64,000 nucleotides of DNA from positions 2,852,001 to 2,916,000 of the forward strand of contig OX597823.1 in the NCBI GenBank assembly GCA_951406725.2, given 5' to 3'. Positions 23,797-38,026 of this stretch are shown here, piece by piece; the stretch's first letter is position 1, and the number at the start of each line of letters is the position of its first letter. The position numbers were made by a program, and so were the translations under genes. The notes under the pieces are model-generated. The model did not search any database. It saw nothing but the letters and a program-made list of their open reading frames with translations, and was not told the origin of the DNA. The stretch is from Octopus vulgaris (lineage: Eukaryota).

Positions 23797-26700
23797 GATA
23801 GTAAAACACGAAGACGAACGTAACATTTCCAATAAAAACTATGTAAACAAAAAACAACAAACCCAGACCGTAAGGATGCATAATAATGCACGACAAGCAG
23901 CAAGCCAAAATACGACAGGCAGACATACGAACGCGAAATAAAGCAACACAACTCTAAAACCTGGAAACAACGAAGGGGAGCCTAAAGATTATGATACTAT
24001 AAAAAGTAGAATAATCAAAGAACTGAAAAACTCAGATCTCAAAATGGACCACCGACCATACCTCCCAAAAATCAAAATAGACAAAAAAACAACATCAATT
24101 ATAAATAGCATAAACCTAGCCGTCACAGAACTAATAGCCACTAAAACAAATAGCGATATCACTTAGCTAAATGACATAATATATGCAGCAGCCACTGCAG
24201 CCACAATAGAAGCTGGATACTCCCTCAAACCCATCCAAACAGGAGTACCACCAAACAAACCCTGTAGATAAATAACATCTCCAAAAAATACAAAAAATGA
24301 GAAAAGATCTGTCGATTCTTAATGAAATCAGTAGACAATCAACGCTACTAAGAAACAAAAAGAAAACAAAAGTACTGTGCAAATACAACATCACAGAAAA
24401 AGATTTACCTGAGATAAAAGAAAAGCTAAAGCAAGATATCCTTGCCAAAGCACAAAGGATCCGCCGGTATGAGAAACGCCAACGTTTCTTTGAACAAAAC
24501 AAACAGTTCAACTCCAACCCCAAAAGTTCTACCAAAAACTTGGCAAAAAATAAAAATAGACATCACTGCAGCACCAACGGCAGAAGAAGTGGAAGAATTC
24601 TGTTAAGAAACATGGTCGGCGAATGAACAACCCCAAAAAAGGAGTATTAAAACAACAAACATAGCATCTGAGCAACTTTGGACCCCCATAACAACTGAAA
24701 GCTCACCCAGGCACTGCAAAGACTAAGCAACTGGAAGGCACCTGGGCATGACAAGATCCCCAGCTTCTGGTTGAAATATCTAACAGGTATGCACAAAAAG
24801 CTGGCTGAAAACTTTAACGACATACTAGCAGAGCCAGAGACAATGCCTGAATGGCTCACGAAGGGGAAAACCATCTTAATTCCCAAATTCAATGAGACAG
24901 CAAAACCAGAAAACTACAGACCTTTAATCTGTCTCCCTACAATGTACAAAGCATTCACTGCAGTAATATCACAAAGATTGAACAAGCACCTGGACGAAAA
25001 CAACCTGTTTCCAGAAGAGCAGAAAGGATGCCGCAAAGGCTCCTATGGCTGTAAAGATCAACTATTGATTAATAAAGCAATAACTGAAGACAGCCACAAA
25101 AAGAAGAAAGGCCTCAGTATGGCCTGGGTTGACTACAGAAAGGCGTTTCATAGCATCCCCCACACATGGATCCTCGAAACACTAGCCATTAACAAAGTAG
25201 CACCAACAATTATAAAATACATAGGACATTCTATGAATAAATGGCAAACAGTGCTACAGCTCCAAACAAAAGAGGGACTCGTGAAAACCAAAGCCATCCC
25301 CATTAGAAGAGGAATATCCAGGGAGACAGGCTCTCTCCACTCCTTTTCTGCTTGGCACTGTCACCTCTATATGATATGCTAGATAGAACTGGATGCAGAT
25401 ATAAATGTTACGGCAAAACGATCAGCCACCTTTTATATATGGATGACCTAAAACTGTACGCTGCAAATTACAAACAGCTAGAAACACAATTAAAGACAGT
25501 TCATGGAATCACCAAAGAAATAGATATGAAATTTGGAATAGAAAAATGCGTCAAATTAACCCTGAAGAGAGGAAAACTAGTTAAGAGTAGCAACATCACA
25601 CTAGATAAAGCCAATGAAATAAAAGAACTAGACCAAAGCCAAACTTACAAATATTTAGGAATCCATGAACTAGATACGATGCAACACACACAAATGAAAG
25701 AGAAAATAAAAAAAGAATAATTATAGACGAGTTAGATCAATACTAAAAGCAGAGCTCAATGCTAAAAACAAGATAATAGGTATTAACACTTTAGCCGTCC
25801 CAGTTATAAGTTACAGCCAGAATATCCTTAACTGGACACTAATGAACTAAGCAAAATAGATAGGAAAACAAGAAAAATAATGACAGGATCTAGGATGCAC
25901 CGCCCAAAATCTGACATAGAAAGACTATATATACAACGTATAGAAGGTGGTAGAGGCCTTATACAGCTGGAAAACTACTATAAAATAACCACCATCGGAC
26001 TGCAAAAATACCTACTTCAGAAGCAAGGAAAACTGATACAAATAGCGGCAAAACACGAGCAAAACAAAAAACTGTTCTCAGTATTTAAGGAAGCTGACAA
26101 ATACAAACAAGAAATCATACCTCCTAACAAATATGAAGAAGAAGAAGATGAAGAAAAAGAAGAAGAAGAAGAAGAAGAAGAAGAAGAAGAAGAAGAAGAA
26201 GAAGAAGAAGAAGAAGAAGAAGAAGAAGAAATACAACAAAAGGTATAAAACAAATGAAATCCAAACTAAAACTAGAACAGCAACGGACCATGATAAAACG
26301 ATGGCAAGAAAAACTAAATGCAGATGAAATAGATAAAGAAAAATCCCAGCAATGGTTGAGAAGCTCAGGACTCAAAGCAGAGACGGAAGGATTTTTAATT
26401 ACAGCACAAGACCAAAGCCTCCCCACCAGAAATTACCAAAAACATGTAATGAAAAGAAATATAACAAGTAACTGCAGAATATGTGGAGATGGACAAGAAA
26501 CAATAAATCATATTATCTCTGGCTGCCCAGTCCTGGCTAAGAAGGAATATATTCACAGACACGACAGAGTTGGGACCTACATACACTGGAAGCTATGCCA
26601 ACATTATGGAATAACAACAGAAAAAAGATGGTGTAGGCACACACCAGAAAAAGTTACAGAAAACGAGAAAACAACAATACTCTGGGATATGCCAATACAC

Positions 26701-27134
26701 ACAGATAAAGAAATTAAGGCCAACAGACCAGATATAGTTGTCAGAGATCATGAAGAAAAAATGCTTTCTAATTGATGTATCAATACCGGAAGATGACGAC
26801 GTGTCTCTAAAAGAAATGGAGAAACTTTCTAATTACAAAGACCCAGAAATAGAGGTAACTAGAATGTGGAATCTAAAAACAGAAACAATTCCTATCATAG
26901 TAGGCGCATTAGGCATGATTAAAAAGTATTTATACAAATACATAACAAAAACACCAGGACTAGCAAATATATATAACATACAGAAAATTGCACTACTGGG
27001 CACTGCACACATCCTACGCAAAACACTTTCAATACAATGAGAGTAAGAGCACCACAGCAAATCACAGCACATACCCAAGGCACACAGAGCTGCGCTCGGT
27101 AGTGAAGTGAAAGCAAGCTGTAAAAATAAAACTA

Positions 27135-27137
<3 letters not shown>
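23796..27137 (+). mobile_element. Near full-length R4/Dong-clade non-LTR retrotransposon (RT, CCHC, RLE), frameshifted, in (TAA)n
   Basis: NYRPLICLP, EQKGCRKG, AWVDYRKAF, HLLYMDDLKL, CRICG..ETINHIISGC, RHD, RPDIV..DVSIP, PIIVGALG; (TAA)n on both sides, the established Dong target. Confidence 0.92.
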
Positions 27138-27214
<77 letters not shown>

Positions 27215-27599
27215 CAAAATTTACCAAATTTATGAAAGGAGATAAATTCTACCACATATCTTGAAGTAAATTACGTAATAGCTTCTGGGTAAACAGCATT
27301 CCTTGTTTTCTGGTTTGGAGCAGAGATAAATAAGTTTTGCAAATTACCAACCCAGGCGCATGTACATAGCCACCCAAACCCATACCCATAGACACACTCA
27401 AATACTCACACGCACACATACATCACACGCACACACACATATATACGCACACACACATACATACGCACACACAACACACAAATATGCACACACTCGCACT
27501 CGCATACATATATACACACACACGTACATATATACATACAGACAGACATATATACATACGTGTGTATGCACATGCACACTGACGCACGCACATGCGCAC

Positions 27600-27815
27600 A
27601 ACCAAACAAACAAAAAGAACGCAGCTTCAATAACGGACAGAGTCAACAACTATTGGGGAGGTTACAAGAAGCAGCGAAAATTTTAGATGGAAAATAATAA
27701 ATGAGTGGAAATGGAACCGGTGAGTGTGTCGATGAATAAGACACAAGACATTAAAGCAGAATTACTCTGCCCAGTTACAACACACACACACACACAGATA
27801 CACACACACAAACAC

Positions 27816-27846
<31 letters not shown>

Positions 27847-28205
27847 TATACACAAAGGGATTTGTATGATTGTGTATAGAAGAATATATTACTCAAAGGA
27901 ATTCCAACTCTGCTATTCACGTTTTATTTATATTCTTATATAGGATATAAAATAATATAGTAAAAATAAATGAAATGAAGTATTGTCTGTTCTTATTGAA
28001 CAAATGAAATATTAAGTATTAAATATATGTTGTGACTGGGGAGGGTCATATTGTCTATGCCTTAATATCCATCACACTCACCGGTTTCATTTTTGATCAT
28101 TCATTATCGATATTTCTTCTTCCAGAATTCTCGTTGCTTTTGCAAGTTGTCGATGGATATTGACTCTGTCCGTTATTGGAGATGCGTTCTTCGTTGCCTG
28201 TTTGT
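27600..28205. repeat. Two diverged copies of a short repeat in inverted orientation (27600-27780 plus; 28030-28205 minus)
   Basis: Shared aagaacgca..caataacggacagagtcaa, aaccggtgagtgtg and cccagt(t/c)acaa blocks. Confidence 0.7.
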
Positions 28206-28449
28206 GAGCATATGTGTGCGTCAGTGTGCATGTGTGCAAATGTGCTTGTGTATGCACATGCATGCAATTATGCATATATGTATGAAAGTATGTATGCATG
28301 TATGTATACATATATACATGTATACACATATACATACACATTTGCGGTGTGTGTGTGTGTTCTTGCTTGTCCGTATTACCTATGTACCTATCTATTTCTA
28401 CTTAACTATGTATCTATCTGTTTATTTACATATCCATTTATCTACCTAC

Positions 28450-28480
<31 letters not shown>

Positions 28481-28492
28481 AAGTGGAGTTGT

Positions 28493-28529
<37 letters not shown>

Positions 28530-28537
28530 GCACATAT

Positions 28538-28812
28538 AATGGTATTTTCTATATAAGTTTAAGTTTATGGCGATCACTGTGCAATGACTAAGGAAGATAT
28601 TCTAATAAAGGGGCATATATACCCTCGACAGAAAAAAAGGGGAGCTTGTCTATCCGCGTAGGAGTCGAACCTATATCCCTTTGTTAACGCGACAAAGTGT
28701 GTTACCTTTGCACAAGTGAATCAGCCTCCCCATTTAAGTCAATTTTACCATTATTATTATTTACAGGATTGTAAAAACGGCGTCGTATAAAAAAACATTC
28801 GCACCGAAGGCA
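28538..28812 (+). mobile_element. Third, diverged copy of the 3035-3268 repeat, with an antisense tRNA-like module
   Basis: Shares tggcgatca..caatgactaaggaa..ccctcgacagaa and ggattgtaaa..cattcgcaccgaa; 28648-28725 minus has the T arm TAGG-TTCGACT-CCTA. Confidence 0.7.
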
Positions 28813-28822
28813 TATACATATA

Positions 28823-29250
28823 TATTAAGTTGGAAACTAAGTTCCCGCCGTTTATTCAAATTTTGGAATCTATTTTTTTTTCGAGAATTCTATTTTTAAA
28901 TCATTTTGGAATCTATTTTGTTTGTTTGTTTTTCTAGTTAATTTTAGTTACTTTTTGTTTATTTTCAGATCATTAAAATGGAATGTCAAGTTAAGAAAAA
29001 CGAGCATTTTCGACACCTCCTTCTTTTTGCATTTAATCAAGATTCTAAGGCTTCAAAAGCTGCTCGCGACATTTATGCTGTGTATGGAGAGGGTGCCATC
29101 GCCGAAAGCACCGCTCGTGATTGGTATGCCAAGTTCAAAAATATAAATTTTAACCTCAAAGACGCACCTCATTCTGGCCGTCCAGTTGAGTTCGATGAAG
29201 AGCGATTAAACCAACTTTTGCACGAAAATTCTCGTCAAACGACAAGGGAA
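28823..29250 (+). mobile_element. Mariner 5' fragment
   Basis: Left TIR TAttaagttggaaactaagttcccgccgttt; MECQVKKNEHFRHLLLF..WYAKFK..DAPHSGRP helix-turn-helix region. Confidence 0.85.
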
Positions 29251-29254
29251 CTCC

Positions 29255-30330
29255 AGCGCTTTGTTTCTTCCCTGCCGAGGGGATGGTGAGTGCTCTTCCC
29301 CTCTGTGACCTGGTGGGGCAGAATCTACTAAGGTCATGGTTGTCTAGATAGTTACAGTCATAGCTTAATTTAAGGAGGAGGCGCAGTTCCCTCTTGTTGA
29401 CTTCACGGAACTCTACTTAACTCTCACAGATAGTCTCAATGCGTTTCTCCACAGCAAAATCTATGTCTATAGATGGGTAGAGTGAAATTACATCCACACT
29501 ACCCACTACACAACCTGTCGTTGGAGTGGTTGCAACTACTGATTCTATTGAGGAGATCCTCCGGGCTCATACAGGCATCTAGGAACATTTCAGTGAGTGG
29601 TCGTAACATCTGTGAGAGGAAGTAAGATAGCCTATAATTGCTAGAGATATTCGCTCCGCAAACTGGCTGGGTTGGCGGCCCCAAAATAGGGTTCAGGTAG
29701 GGTTTATGGTCTATTCATAACCCGACATCGTTATTGAATGCTTGGAAATTTTGTGCAGTCTTTTTCCAGGGTGAAAGTGTGTTGCACCACATTCCCATGT
29801 GTGCATTGAGGAGTTTTTCCACTCTTTCATGTTCCTGTGGTGCAACTTCTCTCATGCTATTGATGAGTTGTTGCATGGTTTGGACATAGTTCTGTGAGAT
29901 GTCTATTGACAGTCTGCCAGGCTTGTCCGTAGGGAGGCACACTAATTCCCTGTTCATAATTCGCTGTTTCAGCTTTTGTAGGCCTTTGGCGACGATTGAA
30001 CTGAGTTGGTGGGCCACCCCTCATTATGCTTTTTAGTGGTTTTGTTGTATCGGTCCAAGATGAATCGGAGTCTATTTCTAGCTAAAGAAATGTTTGCCTC
30101 TGTCTCGCTGTCATTCAACCCTTGTGTTGAAGGGTAAGTCTGTGGGGTAGATCCTCGTCGTGTCGTACGATTTGGCGTTGGAGTTACAGAAGGCAGAGTC
30201 TAGGGTGCTACCGCTATCACTACTGTTGCAGCAGTTATTATTGTTGTTGCTGGTGTTGTGTTCATTGTCGATGTTGTTATTGATGTTGTTGTTGAGGTTG
30301 TTGTTGCTGGTGATGTTCATAGTGACAGGC
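29255..30330 (-). mobile_element. Penelope-like element RT fragment (distinct family)
   Basis: LVCLPTDKPGRL, P.T.PVCGA..S..RLSYFLS..LRPL, DVISLYPSID. Confidence 0.65.
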
Positions 30331-30364
30331 ACATAGACTGATAGATAGAGATTAGATGTGTGTA

Positions 30365-30410
<46 letters not shown>

Positions 30411-30442
30411 TGTGTGTGTGTGTGTGTGCATACGCATATACG

Positions 30443-30486
<44 letters not shown>

Positions 30487-30631
30487 CTACACACACACAT
30501 ATGTATAAGTAAATATATAAAAACAAACACAAATATATACGCACATACGTATGTACGTAATATATACATACATAAATACATACATGCATGCATACATACA
30601 TCGTAAATGCATGCAGGTATACATACACAAA

Positions 30632-30975
30632 TGGGGGCTTGGGATATGTAACACACTGCCTAAATACCGATCTTGAGAAATTAGGCTTCTCAAAACCATA
30701 AGACTAAAGTTCCAATCCATCACTGGAACTGTAAAAATCTGTAAAACATTCCAGAAGTTTATCATTTAAATATATATGAGCATGTTTATGTATGCAACTA
30801 TATGCATGAGAATACACAGATAAAGCAAAACATAAAAATCTGCACATATACATACATACAAACAAAAATACCCCGTTAATGATGTTCAAATTCCAATGAA
30901 GGAGGCTTGAATCTAGGTCAGAAACCAGCTCTTTCTCTATTGGCAAGAAATATTGAAATAAAACTGAACACTGGC
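30632..30975 (+). mobile_element. 3' end of an RLE-type LINE followed by (CATA)n
   Basis: GGLGYV..LEKLGFS..QSITGTVKICKTF; 3' UTR ends aaataaaactgaacactgg-catacatac; second copy at 40860-41240. Confidence 0.7.
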
Positions 30976-32223
30976 ATACATACATACATACATACATACA
31001 TACATACATACATACATACATACATACATACATACATCTGGTGTTGAAATCAGCTGCCTTCTGGACACCAATGTGCTCAGAAAAAACATAAGAGAAAGAG
31101 GATATTTATGGACAATAGTTACGCAGGTTACAAATCCAGTACCCAAGATACACTTTCAGTTTCATACGTATTATTGTTCGAACAACAGGATTCATACTAT
31201 CTCCTCTTAGCTTGGGTTCTTAAAGAGAGAACGCAAATTCTTAATTCATACTCTATAAATAATCTTCGATATCCGGGGCTTAAACAATTCTGCAAGACCT
31301 TAGCAATTAAAGTATGATGGTTAAAACCAGATACATTCCTTCACAAACTTGCTTCTTTTATAGCTGGTTTGGTTACTGCTTGTAGCCGCGTTTCCTTATC
31401 CTTTGTGTAACGCTACATGTATATGTTTCCTATTTGGAATTAGATAATAAATATATTTTACTTTTGAAGTAGGAATATATATTGATAAACACGTCACTTA
31501 TAGCTTACTTATAAGTGTTATCCTTATAGATAAATCCTGACTCCAGCTACATAAACACCATAGCGAGAAATATATACTCTGAAACGCTAACGAACATTTT
31601 ATGCGTGCATGTATGTTGAAGATAAACAAATTGGTGTTCTTTTAACTGCTATAAAAAAACAGTTTTACAATTGCAGAAATAAATTTCATTAACTAGTTGA
31701 AGAACGTGAAGAAAGAGAAAATAATTACTACATTATTTTATAAATGTGCTTTTAGCATTTATAGTACAATTGGAAAGTAAAGTCATTTTGTCGCAAAGAA
31801 TTACGACTTAAAATTCACACTAGCTAATCCTTCATACTAACTGCTAGAGTTTACAACAATTTACATAAGTCTTGTTGGATCTTTATCATAGACATGGCAT
31901 AAAGAATAGCCAATATCTCAAGGAGTGAGTGTCGTGCAGTTTAGCAATATTCCTACGAACACTGAGTAATCTCCCAAAAATCAGGGTTTTTATAACTGCT
32001 CATATCCGAATTCTAAGATCCGAACCGGTATTTCGTGAAAGATTTCTTTGACGAAAGTTTAGAATTCGTATATGGGAAATAATTTTAACCAATGGGATTA
32101 CCAACAATTAGGCTTGTTCGGGCAAACGACCATCACATCATATTGCCGCCTTTTATAACTTGCTACACGACTAAGGAGGTGGTCGGTCAAAGTTTACTTT
32201 GAATTAAAAGTGAAAAAGAAATC

Positions 32224-33033
32224 ATACACACACACACACATACACACATACACACATACATACATGCATACATGCATACATGCATACATACATACATACA
32301 TACATGCATACATGCATACATACATACATACATACATACACACATACGTACATACATGCATACACACATACATACATACATACATACATACATACATACA
32401 TACATACATACATACATACATACATACATACATACATACATACATACATACATACATACATACACACACATACATACATACATACACACATACATACATA
32501 CATACATGAGCACATACATACATACATACACACATACATACATACATACATACATACATACACACACACATACATACATGCACACATACATACATACATA
32601 CATACACACACATATACATACATACATACATACACACATACATACATACATGCATACATACACACATACATACATGCATACATACATACATACATACATA
32701 CATACATACACATACATACATACATACATACACACATACATACATACATGCGTACATACATACATACATTGATACATACACACATACATACATACACACA
32801 TGCACACATACATACATACATACATACACACATACATACATACATCCATACATACACACATACACACATAAATGCACACATACATACATACACACATACA
32901 TACATACTTACATACATGCATACATACACCAATACATACATGCATACATACATATATACATACATACATACATACATACATACATACATACATACATACA
33001 TACATACAGACAGACATACATACATACATACAT
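32224..33033. repeat. (CATA)n microsatellite, about 0.8 kb
   Basis: Direct reading. Confidence 0.97.
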
Positions 33034-33034
33034 C

Positions 33035-34455
33035 TCGGCTCTTTAGGGAAAGCTGTAAATATCTAGGTTATACTTTCCCACACAAGGAAGTATTGATGCC
33101 ATGTGAGGCTCGTATTGTGACACCGAAGCATCGGTTACAGTAGATGAAAGTGATCCGTGACCATAAGATTTGAGACCATGAAATCAATAACATGATTAGA
33201 ATTGCTAATGAACTTGAGGAGAGCTATGAATTAAGGACATTAGTAAAATCTATTTATCAGAAAAGCAAAATGAAAGAATGGACATATTCGTTTTTACTCT
33301 AGGCACAAGGCCCGAAATTTTGAGGGAGGGAGGCCAATCGATTAGACCGACCCCACTACGCAACTGGTACTTAATTTATCGACCCCGAAAGGATGAAAGG
33401 CAAAGTCGACCTCGGCGGAATTGAACTCAGAACGTAAAGACAGGCGACATACCTATTTCTTTATTACCCACAAGGGGCTAAACACAGAGGGGACAAACAA
33501 GGACAGACATAGGTATTAAGTCGATTACATCGACCCCAGTGCGTAACTGGTACTGAATTTATCGACCCCGAAAGGATGAAAGGCAAAGTCGACCTCGGCG
33601 GAATTCGAACTCACAACGTAACGCAGACGAAATACCGCTAAGCATTTCGCCCGGCGTGCTAACGTTCCTGCCAGCTCGCCGCCTTAAGAATGGATATATT
33701 TACTGAGAAGGTAGTACATTTGTATTTGGCACGTAAAACACAAACCATAGAAAGGATTGATCATGTCAAAAGCTCGGTATGGTGTACCGACAAGTTTATG
33801 ACATCTCACTTTGAAGGCTGCTTCCATTGTAATTCAAGAACAAAAGATCCCCACCAAGTATCTACTGAGTAAAGGGCGGAAAGCATTGACAGACAATAAA
33901 TGTGAGCTGTGCAAAACCAAGACTGAAGACATCAACCACATTATTGTCAACTGTGAGAGAATGTCTTCGTATGCGGCATGATATGATGGAGAGAAAAATC
34001 TGGAAGAAGATAAGAAAAGAAAACACCCACAGACGAAATTGACAATATTAAGGTGGATGGGTGAAAAGAATATTAGTGGAACTTATAAATTCTAACAGCC
34101 ACCAACTTACAATACAATCAACCAGATATTGTCGCGTGAGACCATAAAGAAAAGATATGTTCTGTTGTAGAAATCAGCTGCACCCTGGACACCGATGTGG
34201 TTAGAAAAATACAAGAGAAAGAGGACATCTATGGATCATAGATAAAGAATTTGCAAATATAGTACCCAATACAGACTTTTAGCTTCATGCTCATTATTAT
34301 TGTAATAACAGGATACACACCAACCCATCTGGAGCAAAGCATGCCTGAACTTGAGATCTCGGGGAGAGAGCGTAAATCCTTACTTCACATCCTACAAATG
34401 ATCACGACGTGTGAAACTAAATGAAATTTGCAAAATCCTTCTTAAGATTTAACAG
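33035..34455 (+). mobile_element. Old RLE-type (R4/NeSL-like) LINE 3' fragment
   Basis: CELCKTKTEDINHIIVNC..RHD, NQPDIV..KICSVVEISC; many stops. Confidence 0.72.
33289..33685 (-). mobile_element. Dimeric tRNA-derived SINE with 15-bp TSD
   Basis: Two tandem units of gagtt(c)aattccgccgaggtcgactttgcctttcatcctttcggggtcgataaatt; TSD aagaatgga(c/t)atatt at 33274-33288 and 33686-33700. Confidence 0.88.
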
Positions 34456-34568
34456 ATGACGAGCAAAACAAGATGCTTTCCGTTATTAAGAGGGTGGCCG
34501 GTCAAAACTTAAAAAGGGTGAAACAAAACATACATCCATACACACAAACGCAAACGAAACAAACTTAC

Positions 34569-34614
34569 CTTCTGAGTTGCTGAACCACAACGAATTGCGA
34601 AGCTGTCTGCAAAT
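34569..34614 (-). other. Candidate non-coding first exon of the lipoxygenase gene
   Basis: Ends in a consensus donor AAG|GTAAGT; no ATG; begins at Inr-like GCATTT about 30 nt below a TATA box. Confidence 0.6.
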
Positions 34615-34638
34615 GCGCTCAGGATGTAAAGCGCACGA

Positions 34639-34648
34639 CTTTTATATA
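34639..34648 (-). promoter_or_regulatory. TATA box (TATATAAAAG)
   Basis: Consensus TATAWAAR in GC-richer unique sequence, correctly spaced from the candidate TSS and donor. Confidence 0.6.
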
Positions 34649-34738
34649 CGCTGTTACTGCAACCACTACTACTACTACTACTACCTCCACCACCAACAGC
34701 ACTTCCAACAATACCATTAACACCACCACCACCTCTTT

Positions 34739-34793
<55 letters not shown>

Positions 34794-34803
34794 GCTGCTG
34801 CTG

Positions 34804-34853
<50 letters not shown>

Positions 34854-35159
34854 TTCACACGTACACCGACACGCGGTCGTACAATGAAATACATACATGT
34901 GTAGGTGTCAGTTGTGTCTTTGCATGTCAACCATAATATGCATATATATGTATGCATGTTTGTATGTGTCTAAGCATATATATATATATATATATATACA
35001 TTCCTTCTTCTTCTTCTTCTTATTATTATTATTATTATGTTTATATCAATAATAACAATATAATTATACTTATAGTAATCTTCACTAGACCATACATATT
35101 ATAATAGATTCTAACATATCAGAAAATTACGAAACAAGATTAAACATATATTTGTATAT

Positions 35160-36165
35160 ATATATATATAAAACTGAGAGTGTGTGTCTGTCTGACTGTC
35201 TGTCTGTGTGCTTCCCTAAAACTTGAGAACTACACAACCAATTTCATTCAAATTTTACACATGCCTTACTTAGGGTCCATGTAGTTTCATAGGCAAAAAA
35301 ATGTTCAACTTCTTGCCTAGAGCGAGCCCATAGCAATATCATATCTTCTCCACTATTTCAGTATTATGTGTTAAAAAGTGAAACAAAAATATTTCTCTAT
35401 TTTATGTCAGATACTTTCACTTTAACAATTAAAATAATAATAACAATTGAATTATATGTAGTAAGTGATAATTAAAATCATACTAAAGTATAATATAAGT
35501 AAAAATAGCAATTAGTATAAAATTGCATCAATGATTTGAAATTGAATAAGTGGTTTCACATGAATGGGAATAAATTAAAAATAAAATTAGCGTGCAGAAA
35601 TGGAATAGTCCAGATGGATGATAAAAAATTAAATTAAAGAAAAGACTATTGTCTATAAAGTATACAATGTGGAGAAAAAAGAGGATTTGAACACATGGAG
35701 GAAAGCACCTTCGAAAAGTGTCTTGGTGCGACTATGAAAGTTATCTAATCAGAGGCGGTAAATTCGCCACAATAGAAGCAAGGTTCGAGGGAGTACTCGA
35801 CTCGAACTTGCAAAGTGGAAATGTTTTATTTTTACCTTTATATCTGGGATGTAGGACGTCCCGGAAAAAATGTTTTAATCCCCCCCCCCACGAAGTAGAG
35901 GTAGGCTGGATTGTAGCCACACTTCTATACAAGAGGGAGGACAAGATACAATTAATCGAAATTATAAGAGACGGGCTAACAATTCCAGTCTGTTATATAT
36001 TTTGAGTATTGTTATCACTAGCGATATCAAGATATAACTTTGTATTTTGTATTTTATGTGTAGATGTATATATATAGATGTACATGTAATATGTACATAT
36101 ATATACATACACATATATACATGCACTAGCACTATGACCCGGCAACGACGGGTCTTTAATGCTAG
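35160..36165 (+). mobile_element. Non-autonomous Helitron-like element
   Basis: 3' hairpin gacccg-gcaacga-cgggtc followed by CTAG then T; 5' tatataaaa plus (GTCT)n. Confidence 0.7.
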
Positions 36166-36237
36166 TATATATCTATATATTCATACATATAATATATGTA
36201 TACAAATATAAATGAATATAAACATATGTTAGTTAGT

Positions 36238-36337
36238 NNNNNNNNNNNNNNNNNNNNNNNNNNNNNNNNNNNNNNNNNNNNNNNNNNNNNNNNNNNNNNN
36301 NNNNNNNNNNNNNNNNNNNNNNNNNNNNNNNNNNNNN
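36238..36337. other. Assembly gap (100 N)
   Basis: Run of N. Confidence 1.
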
Positions 36338-36717
36338 TCGAAATCAACACCTATCCCCTCTCTCTCTCTTTCTCTCTCTCTCTCACTCTCTCTCACTCAC
36401 TCACTCCGCTCCCTTTTCTTTTCGAGTGAAACACGAAACAGTCGATGAGGACTCGACCAAAGTGCGAAGCGTTTGCCCTCAAACCTTTCGCTCTCATCCA
36501 TCCATCCATCACACAACCTCTTTCGTTCTGGTCTCCAGACAGAGAGAAGACTGTTCAGAAGAGGTAGAGACAGACACGGAGGGAAAGAGAGCGAGAGAGA
36601 CGGTGAGGAAGAGAACGAGAGACCGAGAGAGAGAGAGAGAGACAGAGACAGAGAGAGAACACGGTGAGAGACTAATAAAGAGTAATGTGAAATGGCTGAA
36701 GATATGAAATGCAATAT

Positions 36718-36803
<86 letters not shown>

Positions 36804-36814
36804 TATTGAAACAT

Positions 36815-36847
<33 letters not shown>

Positions 36848-36854
36848 TACATAT

Positions 36855-36890
<36 letters not shown>

Positions 36891-36891
36891 G

Positions 36892-36970
<79 letters not shown>

Positions 36971-37484
36971 AGATGAATACATACATGCATAGGATATATG
37001 GATGCATGGATGGATGGATGGATGGATGGATAGTAAAAGAGAGGGAGGGGTGGGAGGGATTGAAGGAGGAAAAGATAAGGCAAGTATGAGTGAGTGAGTG
37101 AGGAAGAGGAAATGGGTGAGCATGAGTGTGTGCTGGAATATGAATGGAATGAGACTATCCATGGGTGTGAGGTTGTGTGCGCGCATGCACGCGCAGACGC
37201 GTGTGTGCACGCGCGCCTGAATGCGCGAAAAAGTAAGTCAAGAAGAAGGAGAGAGGAAGGAGAGAAGTGATGATCGGCAGAAAAGAGATTCGTACCGAGA
37301 CCCGATGTGTTGCAGGAGGCAGCAGACGCCGGTGCCTGGTTTCGGTTCTTTTAGTGGAATCGGTAACTGTTTCAACCAACACACAAATATTTCGCTGCAG
37401 ACCATTGCCTCTGTTTTATACATTCTTCGACACACACGGATTCGATGTATCTTTCTGGACCACATTATCTTTATGTGTGTATGG

Positions 37485-37524
<40 letters not shown>

Positions 37525-37879
37525 ATATATATATATATTGTGCCTCTGTAACAAAGGAACGCATCTGAATATTCACCACACATACAAAGTTCTACATACT
37601 TGAATAAATTCTAAGCAATAAAATTACCCCAAATTCAAAGAAAATTTCTCCCCACTCCCACTCCATACCAACCCACCCTAAAAACCTAATCATCACTCCC
37701 CCACTCAAACCTTCACACCCAAGGAAGATTTTAACCCAACAGAGTCTGTATGCAGTCCAATCAATGGTTGCTTAATTGGCCGAAATTTCGAAGTTGCTGC
37801 CAATACTAGTCTTGCTTAAGAATAGTATATGTGCCCCAGCATGGCCACAGCTTCTTGTGAGCTGAAACTAGATTAAAAA

Positions 37880-37937
<58 letters not shown>

Positions 37938-38026
37938 CGTCGATTCTTCTGTGGTGTTGTTTTGCATTTTTAATGAAATAAATATATACAAATTATAAAA
38001 ATAATTTTAAAAAATATACTGTACCA

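Noticed and set aside
32149-32159. Second minus-strand TATAAAAG
   Set aside because: No clear donor or exon downstream; common by chance in AT-rich DNA.
36440-36472. CGATGAGGACT..AGTGCGAAG hammerhead-like string
   Set aside because: Core and GAAA both mismatched; likely chance.
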